NCBI GenBank assembly: GCA_963818965.1
Contig: CAWFUG010000009.1
Span: forward strand, 224,001 to 288,000
Direction: 5' to 3'
Source: an uncultured Verrucomicrobiae bacterium
Lineage (GTDB): Bacteria > Chlamydiota > Chlamydiia > Chlamydiales > Rhabdochlamydiaceae
Length of the DNA stretch: 64,000 nucleotides
Notes under the pieces: model-generated
Told to the model about the DNA's origin: nothing
Database searches by the model: none
The model's input: only the letters and a program-made list of their open reading frames with translations
Part shown: positions 28,187-37,540 of the stretch, one piece after another
How positions within the stretch are numbered: the first letter of the stretch is position 1
Layout of the letters: every line of letters begins with the position of its first letter
Translations under genes and position numbers: made by a program

Positions 28187-29890
28187 CTACATCTTTGGCG
28201 GATGACGCCTAGAATCTGCATACTGAAGAATCTTTTCGGCGAATGCATCTTCGAGATTTTCAAAGCTACGGCTCATTTTGACAGCTGCTGGAGCAAAAGA
28301 GACTCCACCCGAGCCCATATGGGTTGTGCAGCGGGCATTCCCCACCTTGCAACCATTTCGATAGAGGGCACCGAGGGTCGGGAAACCATCGTAAGCGACG
28401 GAGCGTCTGCCGACCCAGCGATTCAAAATGCCCTGACTTTCCAATGCATGAATGTCATCAAAAGATAGTTGAATCGCCTTGGTGTCGTAGCCGCAAGCGA
28501 TGGAAACCATTTCGGGCAGCACATCATTGACCATATTGAGCTGTACGAGGTGTCGATTCCGCGCAAAATCTTGATCGATCTTTGGCAGTTGATCCCCATA
28601 AAATGCTTTTGTTCCTGCAACCCCGATAATGAGTCTGTTCTCTTTATATCTCGCTTGCCAGGCCAGAACAATGCCCACCTTATGAACCTCCATGCAATGA
28701 CTGAAATTTTTATATAGCTCTGCTTGCTCGGAAGAGAGGGGGATGTTCAGTGCAAGGGATGGGCCAGCAAATGCTGAATAAGCGGGTTCATCAAAGCCTA
28801 ATTTATTTAGCGTTCCAACGGCCTCTCCAGGGCAGAACACGTAATAAGCGTTATCCTTTACGGAAGAGCCATCGGCAAATTTCAGACCGATGACATTGAG
28901 GTTGGAATCATTATCGAACTCTACAGCTGTAACTTCCCTTTCAAATTCCAATCGAAAACAGTCTTGGATCTCTCCAGAGGCATCCGTATAAGTTCCCATC
29001 TTTTTCTTGAGGTAATCATAAAATTTGGGCAGGAAAACAGGTGTGCTAATACATCCTCCCGGTCGCCATAAGGCGGAACAATCATTCTTCCAATTTAAAC
29101 CTAATGTATCGTCTAATTCAGAGTGGTCTTTGCAAAAATCAGCAAGAGAGGGGTCGATCGCCATGACTTCATCTGGGGTCAAGATCCTGCAGTGATTATA
29201 GCCCAATTCTGTATAAGTCGCCTGCATCCCCAGCGCACGGATCCTGGCATCAGGGACGTCGTAGATAAGATCGATGCGATAGCCATCATGTAACACTATT
29301 TTATCTCTATGGTTGGGTTCGTAGCAGGGATTGTAATTGGAATCTTCCAAGATCCCTTTCAATTCATCATCTCCCTCTTCATAGAGATCTTTCCATAAAT
29401 CCATGCTCATTTTACCGAGCAGCAACAGATTTTTTGTCCGATCTTCATGATTTTCATCATGGGCGTAGAGTTCTACTGCTTCTTTAAATCGAACAGCCGC
29501 TGTTGAGTCATTGACCCCGGGAGCATCATCCACGCGAATTCCACCTGGCTCACTGAATAAAATCCCTAATTTTTCCGTTAATTCTGGGCCACGTGGCACG
29601 ACGGAGAGAATTTCATCAGGCGTCAAGCTGGGGAAAATGTTGAACGCAGTATTTGTTAAGGCATTTCCACTCCCTGAACGGCCATGACCTACGAAGGGAG
29701 AGCTTTTTTCATAAATGACAATCTGAAGTGGGGTACCCTTTTTTACCGCGTCCCTATGCGCGTAATAAGACTCTAACACTCCAGTGATCCCCGCTCCCAC
29801 GATCACAACCTTGTGCTCGGTTACGGGCACTTCACTAGAGAAGAGCAAACTCAGGAAACAGGAAATTATCAATGCAGCAACACTTTTCAT
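28187..29890 (-). CDS. FAD-dependent oxidoreductase (D-amino-acid dehydrogenase-like)
   Basis: VIVGAGITG, IYEK, WVGRRSVAYDGFPTLG, HMGSGG. Confidence 0.75.
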   Translation of the reverse strand: MKSVAALIISCFLSLLFSSEVPVTEHKVVIVGAGITGVLESYYAHRDAVKKGTPLQIVIYEKSSPFVGHGRSGSGNALTNTAFNIFPSLTPDEILSVVPRGPELTEKLGILFSEPGGIRVDDAPGVNDSTAAVRFKEAVELYAHDENHEDRTKNLLLLGKMSMDLWKDLYEEGDDELKGILEDSNYNPCYEPNHRDKIVLHDGYRIDLIYDVPDARIRALGMQATYTELGYNHCRILTPDEVMAIDPSLADFCKDHSELDDTLGLNWKNDCSALWRPGGCISTPVFLPKFYDYLKKKMGTYTDASGEIQDCFRLEFEREVTAVEFDNDSNLNVIGLKFADGSSVKDNAYYVFCPGEAVGTLNKLGFDEPAYSAFAGPSLALNIPLSSEQAELYKNFSHCMEVHKVGIVLAWQARYKENRLIIGVAGTKAFYGDQLPKIDQDFARNRHLVQLNMVNDVLPEMVSIACGYDTKAIQLSFDDIHALESQGILNRWVGRRSVAYDGFPTLGALYRNGCKVGNARCTTHMGSGGVSFAPAAVKMSRSFENLEDAFAEKILQYADSRRHPPKM

Positions 29891-30055
29891 TCGCATACCT
29901 CGTTATAAATCAGCGCGTTGAGAAATCTTTAGTCGGTTCATTCGACCCTGTAGACTTTAAGAATTATGTAAATTTTGCTTCAACTCATTTTCCAAATGAG
30001 CGTAAAAATTTTCTGCGGGGATGGGTGCGTTGTTTCGGTGTAAAAAATTTTAAAA

Positions 30056-30084
30056 TTGCCGGAAAGAAGAAAGCTGTGTATAAT
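30056..30084 (+). promoter_or_regulatory. Sigma70/66-type promoter of the leader-ABC operon
   Basis: TTGCCG-17 nt-TATAAT with an AT-rich upstream tract. Confidence 0.7.
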
Positions 30085-30126
30085 CACGTTTAGTTACAGG
30101 GCAGTCTTTGCCCTAAGAGAGATAAT

Positions 30127-30255
30127 ATGAAACAAGAGCTTAATTCTATTTTTTGCCCCCGTCGAGAACAACTCTCGCGAGCGCAAGCATCAGCTGTTCT
30201 TTCTTCATTCATTCTTTTCGTCTCTCATTCTCATCATCGTCATCATCATTCCTAA
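30127..30255 (+). CDS. Candidate histidine leader (attenuator) peptide, 42 aa (not in ORF track)
   Basis: MKQELNSIFCPRREQLSRAQASAVLSSFILFVSHSHHRHHHS*; six CAT codons in eight positions just before the stop. Confidence 0.65.
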   Translation: MKQELNSIFCPRREQLSRAQASAVLSSFILFVSHSHHRHHHS

Positions 30256-30264
30256 TATTTTTTT

Positions 30265-30306
30265 GTTCGTTGCTCTTTAGCGACGGATGGATTTTCAAAT
30301 TTTTTG
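30265..30306 (+). terminator. Hairpin plus T-rich tract after the leader ORF, possible attenuator
   Basis: GTTCGTTGCT-CTTT-AGCGACGGAT (with G:U pairs) then GGATTTTCAAATTTTTT. Confidence 0.4.
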
Positions 30307-30395
30307 TTAGTTAATTGCGTTTTTTGTTGATTTTCTGTTTTTTACATTACTGTAAAAAACGGGCTTAAACGATTTTAAAAAAAAGGATGTACATT

Positions 30396-31163
30396 ATGAA
30401 GGTATTGAATAAATTTTCGAAGATTTTAGGGAGTTGTTTTCTTTTTTTTGGAAGCCTTGCAGCTGAGGAAACATTCACCGTGGGCACCACTTCTGGATAT
30501 GCCCCCTATGTAAGTCTAGATAGTAAAGGAGAGTATGAGGGCTTTGACATCGATTTAGCAAAATTGGTGGCAGAGAAACTGAATAAAAAACTCGTAATCA
30601 AAGATATGGGAAGCATGCCTAGTCTGATGATCGGACTCAAGCAGAAAAAGGTCGATGCCGTCATCTGGGCTGTCTCGATTACGGAAGAGAGGCAAAAGCA
30701 GATGGAAATGATCTATTACCAGGGGGAAAAGATCACGACCATGCCTCTACTCTTCTGGGGCAAGATCCCTGAAAATATCAAAGGTCCAGAAGATTTAAAA
30801 AATGATCCTAAAAAGATCGTCTGTGTAGAGGCGGGCACCTATCAAGAACAGGTCATGAACACCTATCCCGGTTTAACCCTTAAAAATGTCGACAAAATCA
30901 CCGACGCCCTCATCGAAATCAAATTCGGAAAATCCCTTGCTGTCGCGATCGATAATTCGTTGGTTTCTTTCGTAAAACAGCAAAATCCAGAGGCAAAGGT
31001 TCTCTATTTTCCATTACCGTCTAGCCAGCAGTCTTTAGGGAACGGAATCTGCATCTCTAAGGATAACCAGGTGCTCATAGCTGAGGTTAAAAAGGCCGTA
31101 GAAGAGCTTACCAAAGAAGGGAAAGTTCAAGATTTAGAGAAAAAATGGAACATGGGCGCGTAG
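30396..31163 (+). CDS. Polar amino-acid ABC transporter substrate-binding protein (ArtJ/HisJ-like)
   Basis: VGTTSGYAPY, GFDIDLA, SITEER; signal peptide. Confidence 0.9.
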   Translation: MKVLNKFSKILGSCFLFFGSLAAEETFTVGTTSGYAPYVSLDSKGEYEGFDIDLAKLVAEKLNKKLVIKDMGSMPSLMIGLKQKKVDAVIWAVSITEERQKQMEMIYYQGEKITTMPLLFWGKIPENIKGPEDLKNDPKKIVCVEAGTYQEQVMNTYPGLTLKNVDKITDALIEIKFGKSLAVAIDNSLVSFVKQQNPEAKVLYFPLPSSQQSLGNGICISKDNQVLIAEVKKAVEELTKEGKVQDLEKKWNMGA

Positions 31164-31167
31164 ATTT

Positions 31168-31842
31168 ATGGATACCACTAACTATATTTCGCTTTTAGAG
31201 CGCTCGCTTCCTCTTCTCTTGAAAGGGGTGGTAATGACCGTGCAAATTTTAATCTCCTCAGCCTCTCTCAGCTTGCTATTGGGATTACTATTCGGGATTG
31301 CCTCTTGCAATCGGTTGCGGATTCCGTTGCTCTCCCAGGCAATAGAGTTTTTGACTTTTGTGCTACGAGCCATTCCCTTTTTTGTGCAGCTCCTGCTCGT
31401 CTATTTTGTTTTGCCAGATCTCTTAGGGTTCAATCTCGAACCCTTTCCAGCATCTGTCATCGCATTAGGACTCTGCTCTTCAGGCTATGTGGCTCAAATG
31501 GTGCGTGGCGGACTCAATGGGATTCCCCCAGCCCAGTGGGAGAGCGCCTTTGCTCTGGGGTTAAATATTCCCCAGAGCCTTCAGCACATCATCCTGCCGC
31601 AGATGGGGCGTACTATTCTTCCTCTATTGAACAATGAGCTGGATTCGCTCTTAAAAAGCACGTCGATCGTATCCTCGATCGGAATGTTAGAACTGACTCG
31701 AATGGGAATGAATATCGTTTCCAGAGAGATGCAGCCGGTCGCGATCTATTTGACAGTGGCTTTTTTCTATATCTGCATGTCTGCCTTATTAAACCTAGTC
31801 GCACGAATGCTTGAAAGGAGGCTCACCTATGTTAAAAATTAA
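31168..31842 (+). CDS. Polar amino-acid ABC transporter permease
   Basis: LRAIPFFVQL, QWESAFALG, LLKSTS. Confidence 0.9.
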   Translation: MDTTNYISLLERSLPLLLKGVVMTVQILISSASLSLLLGLLFGIASCNRLRIPLLSQAIEFLTFVLRAIPFFVQLLLVYFVLPDLLGFNLEPFPASVIALGLCSSGYVAQMVRGGLNGIPPAQWESAFALGLNIPQSLQHIILPQMGRTILPLLNNELDSLLKSTSIVSSIGMLELTRMGMNIVSREMQPVAIYLTVAFFYICMSALLNLVARMLERRLTYVKN

Positions 31843-32542
31843 AAACCTATCCTGCACAAAAACGGAAAAGGAAATTCTCAAAAACCTATCTCTAAACATC
31901 CCTAAAAACAGAACAACGCTACTGCTCGGCAAAAGCGGTTCTGGAAAAACGACATTATTGCGGTGCATTGCGCAGTTGGAGACTCACTATCAGGGGGAAA
32001 TATCCTACCAAGATCAGCCCATAAACCAGTTATCTCCCAAACAACGCTGTCAGATCATCGGTTTTATTTCGCAGTCTTTCCCCTTATTTCCTCACATGAA
32101 CATTTTGGACAATTGTGCCAATGCCCTAAGGGTCCTCTTTAGAACCCCAAAAAAAGAAGCTTATACCCAGGTAAGAGAGACCCTGGGCCTGCTCGATATA
32201 GAACAGCTGGCCTCATCCATGCCAAGCCAACTCTCCGGAGGACAGCAGCAGAGAGCTGCGATTGCAAGAGCCTTGGTACTCAATCCCCCCTTTTTACTCT
32301 TCGACGAACCGACATCTGCACTAGATCCAGAAAATGCAGAGCGATTCACGCAGGTCATTCGCAATCTTCAGAAAGGGGGGACCGGCGTGATTATCGCGAG
32401 CCACGATATGAACCTAGCTTCCAAACTCCTAGACACCGTCTATTTTTTGGAAGAGGGATTATTTGCCGAAAGTTATGACGCACAGTCCGGGGAGCCTTTG
32501 TCCAGCGAGAGCAAAATCAATCAGTTTTTATCTGTTTTTTAG
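31829..32542 (+). CDS. Polar amino-acid ABC transporter ATP-binding protein
   Basis: GKSGSGKT, LSGGQQQR, LLFDEPTSALDPE; AGGAGG RBS. Confidence 0.92.
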   Translation: MLKIKNLSCTKTEKEILKNLSLNIPKNRTTLLLGKSGSGKTTLLRCIAQLETHYQGEISYQDQPINQLSPKQRCQIIGFISQSFPLFPHMNILDNCANALRVLFRTPKKEAYTQVRETLGLLDIEQLASSMPSQLSGGQQQRAAIARALVLNPPFLLFDEPTSALDPENAERFTQVIRNLQKGGTGVIIASHDMNLASKLLDTVYFLEEGLFAESYDAQSGEPLSSESKINQFLSVF

Positions 32543-32575
32543 GGAATCAGCTCATATTTCAGATCTACTACATCC

Positions 32576-32606
32576 AAACCAAAAGCGAGTTTATCGCTTT
32601 TGGTTT
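32576..32606 (+). terminator. Intrinsic terminator-like hairpin after the ABC operon
   Basis: 13-bp stem AAACCAAAAGCGA-GTTTA-TCGCTTTTGGTTT. Confidence 0.6.
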
Positions 32607-32680
32607 CTATTCAGTTGCGGAAAAAATGCGGAAAAATTTAACGTGCTCCGACGAGCTTTGCTGTTTAAGAGTTGGAAAAT

Positions 32681-33616
32681 ATGAAAGAAAAAAAACATGT
32701 TTTGTCGCGCTCAGACCAAAAAGACATGAATTTCTCTATGAGGCTTTCCTTTTTTGTCGGCCTGTTCATGCTTGCCATCAAATACTACGCCTACGTCATC
32801 ACGGGCTCAACAGCGATCATGTCGGATGCAGCCGAATCGATTATCCACGTCTTTGCCGTCGGTTTTGCAGCCTATAGTATGTGGCTAAGCCTCAAGCCAG
32901 CCGATGCCAATCATTTGTATGGCCATGAGAAAATCGGCTTCTTTTCAGCGGGATTTGAAGGAGCGATGATTATCATTGCTGCCGTTTACATCTATTTTGA
33001 ATCGGTGCAAAAAATCATACATGGTGTGGAATTACAAAATATCGATACGGGATTGCTTTTCATTTTGGCAGCGATTGTCATGAATTTCTTGCTAGGCTAC
33101 TACCTGATCCGGAAAGGCAAGAAGTACAAATCGATCATTTTAGAGGCTAATGGAAAGCATATTTTAACCGATTGCCTGACGAGTATTGCGGTTGTTATCG
33201 CCTTGGTCTTAGTGCAGTTGACGCATATCTCCTTATTTGATCCGATTGTCGCTTTGCTTGCGGCAACTAATATTTTATGGACCGGGGGAAGGCTCATCAA
33301 GAAATGCATTAGCGGGTTGATGGATCAGACAGATCCCGTTCTGCACAAGAAAATCACTGCAATCCTCGAAGAAGAAACCTCTAGGATGGACATGGCATTC
33401 CACCATTTACGCCACAGGATGTCAGGGCATAAGGTGTTCATCGAATTCCATCTGCTCTTTGCCGATGATATCAAATTAGGAGAGGCTCACGAAATAGCCA
33501 GCGGGATTGAAGCCAAACTGCAGGACGCGTTGGATATGCCTGCAGAGATTTCGAGCCATCTCGAGCTCAAAATACACCACGATGCTGTCCACGAGAAATT
33601 CGGTCTGCCTATTTAG
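32681..33616 (+). CDS. Cation diffusion facilitator (FieF-like) transporter
   Basis: SDAAES, HLYGHEK, HILTD, C-terminal dimerisation domain. Confidence 0.9.
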   Translation: MKEKKHVLSRSDQKDMNFSMRLSFFVGLFMLAIKYYAYVITGSTAIMSDAAESIIHVFAVGFAAYSMWLSLKPADANHLYGHEKIGFFSAGFEGAMIIIAAVYIYFESVQKIIHGVELQNIDTGLLFILAAIVMNFLLGYYLIRKGKKYKSIILEANGKHILTDCLTSIAVVIALVLVQLTHISLFDPIVALLAATNILWTGGRLIKKCISGLMDQTDPVLHKKITAILEEETSRMDMAFHHLRHRMSGHKVFIEFHLLFADDIKLGEAHEIASGIEAKLQDALDMPAEISSHLELKIHHDAVHEKFGLPI

Positions 33617-33622
33617 ACCCTG

Positions 33623-34354
33623 TCATTTCGAGATGAGCTCTCGCGCAGCGCTCCACGCTTTTCTAAGCAGAAAAAAGTTCTCGAAGATACACGCTATGTT
33701 GTTGTAGTTCAGAGCATAGAAATCGCATGCGCGTAAATCTTCCCCTTTTTGGACATAGCTACCCGGTGTCAAATCCTCCGGGCAGTTTTTGATCAGCTCT
33801 TCGATACCTTGCAAGGTCATTTCAGGATGGCATTGGAACCCATAGGCGTAAGGTAGATAACGGATGATTTGGCGAGGGCACCCTTCACTTTTGGCCAAGA
33901 TTACAGCCTGTTTTGTCAAGCCGGGCATATCCCCGTGCCAATGGGTAACGGCAAATTGTTTGGGTAAGTGGGCTAGGAGGGGATCGTGCACCCCTTCCTC
34001 TGTAAGCTGGATAGGAAAAATCCCTATTTCCTTATGAGGACTGCGCTCAGTAGCTGCCCCCAATGCTTCGCCCATAAGCTGCGCGCCCAGACAAAAACCA
34101 AAAACGGGAATCTTCGCTTTCAGTGCACTCTTTAGGAAATCGACTTCTTCTTTTAAATAGGGATATCTATTGAGATCGGGCCCGGCGCTTTGAGGTCCAC
34201 CCATGGAAATAATGAGATCAAACGCACAGCCGTGGGGTAATTTTTCTCCTTTGAAGGGAGAACAGTAGTCTAGTTTGCAATTTTTTTGAGCCGCCCAATC
34301 TGCGATGTATCCAGGCGTTTCAAAGTCTACATGCTGTATGAACAAGATGTGCAT
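33623..34354 (-). CDS. Type 1 glutamine amidotransferase domain protein
   Basis: MGGP, GFCLGAQL, HWHGD, QCHPE. Confidence 0.9.
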   Translation of the reverse strand: MHILFIQHVDFETPGYIADWAAQKNCKLDYCSPFKGEKLPHGCAFDLIISMGGPQSAGPDLNRYPYLKEEVDFLKSALKAKIPVFGFCLGAQLMGEALGAATERSPHKEIGIFPIQLTEEGVHDPLLAHLPKQFAVTHWHGDMPGLTKQAVILAKSEGCPRQIIRYLPYAYGFQCHPEMTLQGIEELIKNCPEDLTPGSYVQKGEDLRACDFYALNYNNIACIFENFFLLRKAWSAARELISK

Positions 34355-34399
34355 TTATCCCTCGCAATTTACGGTTCGTATCAGCTAACTCTTCAAAAA

Positions 34400-35794
34400 T
34401 CATGGCGAAAAATCGCCTTTTCGAGCCACTTGGGTATAAGCGTGAAGAGCTTCTTTTGCTGCCTTTTCATGATCGATCATGGGAGCTGGATAGCTTTTGC
34501 ATCCAGTCCGGTACTTTTCCTCATACCACGCATGGATCGCTTTAGGCGGCACATCGCGAAGTTCGGGAACCCATTTTTTTATATAAATACATTCAGGATC
34601 GAATTTTTTCTGCTGGTTCCAGGGATTGAAAATGCGAAAATAAGGCTGGGCATCACATCCTGTGCTAGCGACCCATTGCCAATTTCCATTATTCACAGCA
34701 GGGTCGTAGTCGATCAAAGTTTGAGCAAAGTACTTTTCGCCCCATCTCCAGTCGATGTGTAAGTCTTTGATGAGAAAGGAGGCTACAATCATGCGCACGC
34801 GATTATGCATAAAGCCAGTCTCATTCATCTCTCTCATTCCTGCATCGACAATCGGAAAACCGGTAGAGCCTTCACACCAGCGCTGATAAGCTTTTCGGTC
34901 ATAGGACCATTTGAGCTGATCGAATTTAGGGTGGAAAGCACCCTTAAAGACAGAAGGGAAGAAAAATGCAATCGCTGTAAAAAAGTCTCTCCAATAAAGA
35001 GAGCGGATTAATTCATGGTGGGGACCTAAAGCGCTGCAAAGTGCCGCATAAACTTCCCGCGGGGAGCAGACGGTGAATTTTAGATAAGGGGAGAGGTGTG
35101 TAGAGTATTCTTCTGCTGGAAAGTCCCTGAGCTTTCCGTATTTACTAAAAGAACTTAATTTTTTGAGAATTTTCAGCGCTTCCGCCCGCCCTCCGAGCAA
35201 TCCATTTTTTACAGTTTGCTTAGGAAAGACTGATTTGTCTTCTGCAAAGGGGATCGATCCGTGGAAGTAGTTGGTTCTTCGGTTCTCTACAGGAGGCGAC
35301 ACTTTCTGTTTTGAGGCATTGCGAAAGTAGGGTGTAAAAATCGCGTAGGGCTTTCCATCTTTTTTCAGAGTCTCTTCAGGGGGATGAAGTAGAGCATCGT
35401 CGAAAGAATAAAAGGGGATAGCCCCCTTTTCACACGCTTTTTCAAGCTTTTTGTCTCTTTGCCGACTATAGGGAGTGTAGTCTCGGTTGACGATCAAAGC
35501 CTCAATGGAAAGCTCTCGCAGGCATTTGCTCACAACTTCTTCCGGCTTCCCCTTAAAAAGAAAGAGCTTACCCCCCTTTTTCTTTAGCTGATTATCGAGA
35601 TCTTCGAGAGATTCAATCATGAATTGCAGGCAATGATCGCTTCTAAAAGGATTTTTCTCGATCTGTTCTTCTGTGAAAATGAAAGCGGGGATGACAACTT
35701 CTGAGGATTTTAACGCAAAAATGAGCCCTGTATTATCCTCAAGCCGCAAATCACGCCGGAATAAAAAAAGAGATCTTCGAAATTTTTTCTCCAT
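34400..35794 (-). CDS. phr: Deoxyribodipyrimidine photolyase
   Basis: FRRDLRLEDN, LSPYLKF, TGFPIVDAGMRE, MHNRVRM, NNGNWQW, FRIFNP. Confidence 0.95.
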   Translation of the reverse strand: MEKKFRRSLFLFRRDLRLEDNTGLIFALKSSEVVIPAFIFTEEQIEKNPFRSDHCLQFMIESLEDLDNQLKKKGGKLFLFKGKPEEVVSKCLRELSIEALIVNRDYTPYSRQRDKKLEKACEKGAIPFYSFDDALLHPPEETLKKDGKPYAIFTPYFRNASKQKVSPPVENRRTNYFHGSIPFAEDKSVFPKQTVKNGLLGGRAEALKILKKLSSFSKYGKLRDFPAEEYSTHLSPYLKFTVCSPREVYAALCSALGPHHELIRSLYWRDFFTAIAFFFPSVFKGAFHPKFDQLKWSYDRKAYQRWCEGSTGFPIVDAGMREMNETGFMHNRVRMIVASFLIKDLHIDWRWGEKYFAQTLIDYDPAVNNGNWQWVASTGCDAQPYFRIFNPWNQQKKFDPECIYIKKWVPELRDVPPKAIHAWYEEKYRTGCKSYPAPMIDHEKAAKEALHAYTQVARKGDFSP

Positions 35795-35943
35795 TTTTAT
35801 CCTTTTTTCTCGGCGTTCTCCGATTTTTAGAGTTTACCTACCGATTAGAAAATATTCCAGCTTCAGCAATCCGTGCGGGAAAATCTTTCAAAATAAAGGC
35901 GAGGGTCAGTTACAATCAGGCTCATAGACAGCATTGGAACCCA

Positions 35944-35976
35944 TATATACCCAACTTTTGAGCTCACTTGGGTATA
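35944..35976. repeat. 33-bp short dispersed element
   Basis: TATATACCCAACTTTTGAGCTCACTTGGGTATA, reverse-complement twin of 18711-18743. Confidence 0.85.
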
Positions 35977-36042
35977 AGACGAATGATTATCAATTGCGGC
36001 AAAACAGGCAAAATTTTTTAAGCAAAGGAGTGTTATAAGACT

Positions 36043-36795
36043 ATGACACACAAGAAACTGGAAAACAAAATAGCTCTTATAACGGGGGGATCTCGAGGAA
36101 TCGGCGCTGCCATTGCTAGGCGTTTTGCTAAGGAAGGATGCCATATAGCGATTAGCTACACAGAATCCAAAGAAAAAGCCCTCTCTTTAATGAAGGAGCT
36201 CGAAAAAGAAGGGGTCAAAACTCTAGCAGTTCAAGCAGATCAAGCCAATCCCTTACAAGCAGCAAATCTCGCCAAAAAAGTAGGTGAGCATTTTGGTAAG
36301 ATCGATATCCTAGTAAACAATGCGGGCATCCATGTAGGAGGTTCCATCGACGATGCTAATCTTGATATGGATGGAATTGCAAGACTGTTAGCAGTCAATG
36401 TGGGAGGGGTCTTTGCAACAACACATGCAGCGGTTCCTTTTATGAAAGACGGCGGGCGTATTATTATCATAGGGTCCATTAATGGAGAGCGGATAACATT
36501 TTCTGGGGGAGCTAATTACGCCGCTACAAAAGCAGCTCTTCTTGGCTACACACATGGTTGGGCAAGGGATCTCGGCCCAAAAAACATAACAGTCAACCTC
36601 GTACAACCAGGCCCTATCGATACGGACATGAATCCAGACAACACAGAATTTGCAGAGATGGTCAAGAAAAGCGTTGCTTTGGGACGTTATGGCAAACCTG
36701 AGGAAATCGCTTCAGCAGTTGCCTTTCTCGCCAGTCAGGATGCTTCCTATATCACAGGTGCTGTACTCACTGTCGATGGTGGCTTTTTGGCTTAA
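36043..36795 (+). CDS. SDR family oxidoreductase
   Basis: TGGSRGIG, NNAG, YAATK, PGPIDT, VDGG. Confidence 0.93.
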   Translation: MTHKKLENKIALITGGSRGIGAAIARRFAKEGCHIAISYTESKEKALSLMKELEKEGVKTLAVQADQANPLQAANLAKKVGEHFGKIDILVNNAGIHVGGSIDDANLDMDGIARLLAVNVGGVFATTHAAVPFMKDGGRIIIIGSINGERITFSGGANYAATKAALLGYTHGWARDLGPKNITVNLVQPGPIDTDMNPDNTEFAEMVKKSVALGRYGKPEEIASAVAFLASQDASYITGAVLTVDGGFLA

Positions 36796-36950
36796 AAGGT
36801 GGATTTTGTGAAATCAAAATGGTTCAAGTTGGACTACCTGGTTTGTTGAATAGCAGAGGATCCTCTCCATTCAAGAAGCAAGTAGTCCCCATCTTTACTG
36901 ACCCCTTTTCCTATTTTGATCCAGCCCTGATCATCTCGATGGAGACCCGC

Positions 36951-37364
36951 ATGAAAAGTGAACACGATAAAACAATGCTATGTCCTTGTCGAAGCGGTAA
37001 ACAATATGAGGTGTGCTGTCAACCTTTTCATCAGGGAAAGAAGCCGGACACAGCCCTACAGCTTATGCGGTCGAGATTTGCAGCGTATGCGCTGTGCATG
37101 CCAGATTACATTATCCATACCACACATCCAGCAAACCCCCAATTTTGTCATGATACCGGAGAATGGGCTCAAAAAATATCTGAATTCTCTTTACATACTG
37201 AATTCAAAGACTTAAGAATTCTAGGATTTCAAGAGAACGGTTCCTTGGCTACAGTCACTTTTGTGGCTCATCTTATTCAAGACAAAAAAGATGTTTCGTT
37301 TACCGAAAAAAGCTACTTTGAAAAAGTAAAGGGCAAATGGCTTTATCGCAGCGGTGAACATTGA
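36951..37364 (+). CDS. ychJ: YchJ family SEC-C motif protein
   Basis: CPCRSGKQYEVCCQPFH, LMRSRF.AY, TTHP, E.S.F...W.Y. Confidence 0.85.
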   Translation: MKSEHDKTMLCPCRSGKQYEVCCQPFHQGKKPDTALQLMRSRFAAYALCMPDYIIHTTHPANPQFCHDTGEWAQKISEFSLHTEFKDLRILGFQENGSLATVTFVAHLIQDKKDVSFTEKSYFEKVKGKWLYRSGEH

Positions 37365-37401
37365 ATATCTCTACAAAGACGGTCGATAATACCAATTCTC
37401 G

Positions 37402-37540
37402 AAAATAACTTGCATTAGAGCTGCGTCAAAGCCGCCGGGATTCGACGATCGTAAGTTGGGTTGTATTTCTTGCAATACTACCCCCTCTTCGACAATCTCA
37501 ATTCCGGGGCTTTGGCGCGGCCCTACGGCCAAGTAATTTT
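37402..37540. repeat. About 140-bp palindromic element (diverged RPE-like copy)
   Basis: Arms AAAATAACTTG/CAAGTAATTTT; core TGTATTTCTTGCAATACT; contains TTGGCGCGGCCCTACGGCCAA as in 10565-10629. Confidence 0.75.

Noticed and set aside
27859..28263. Alternative-frame ORFs 27919..28212 (+) and 27859..28263 (-)
   Set aside because: By-products of the CATGAT-rich repeat; only the 27876 frame has a signal peptide.
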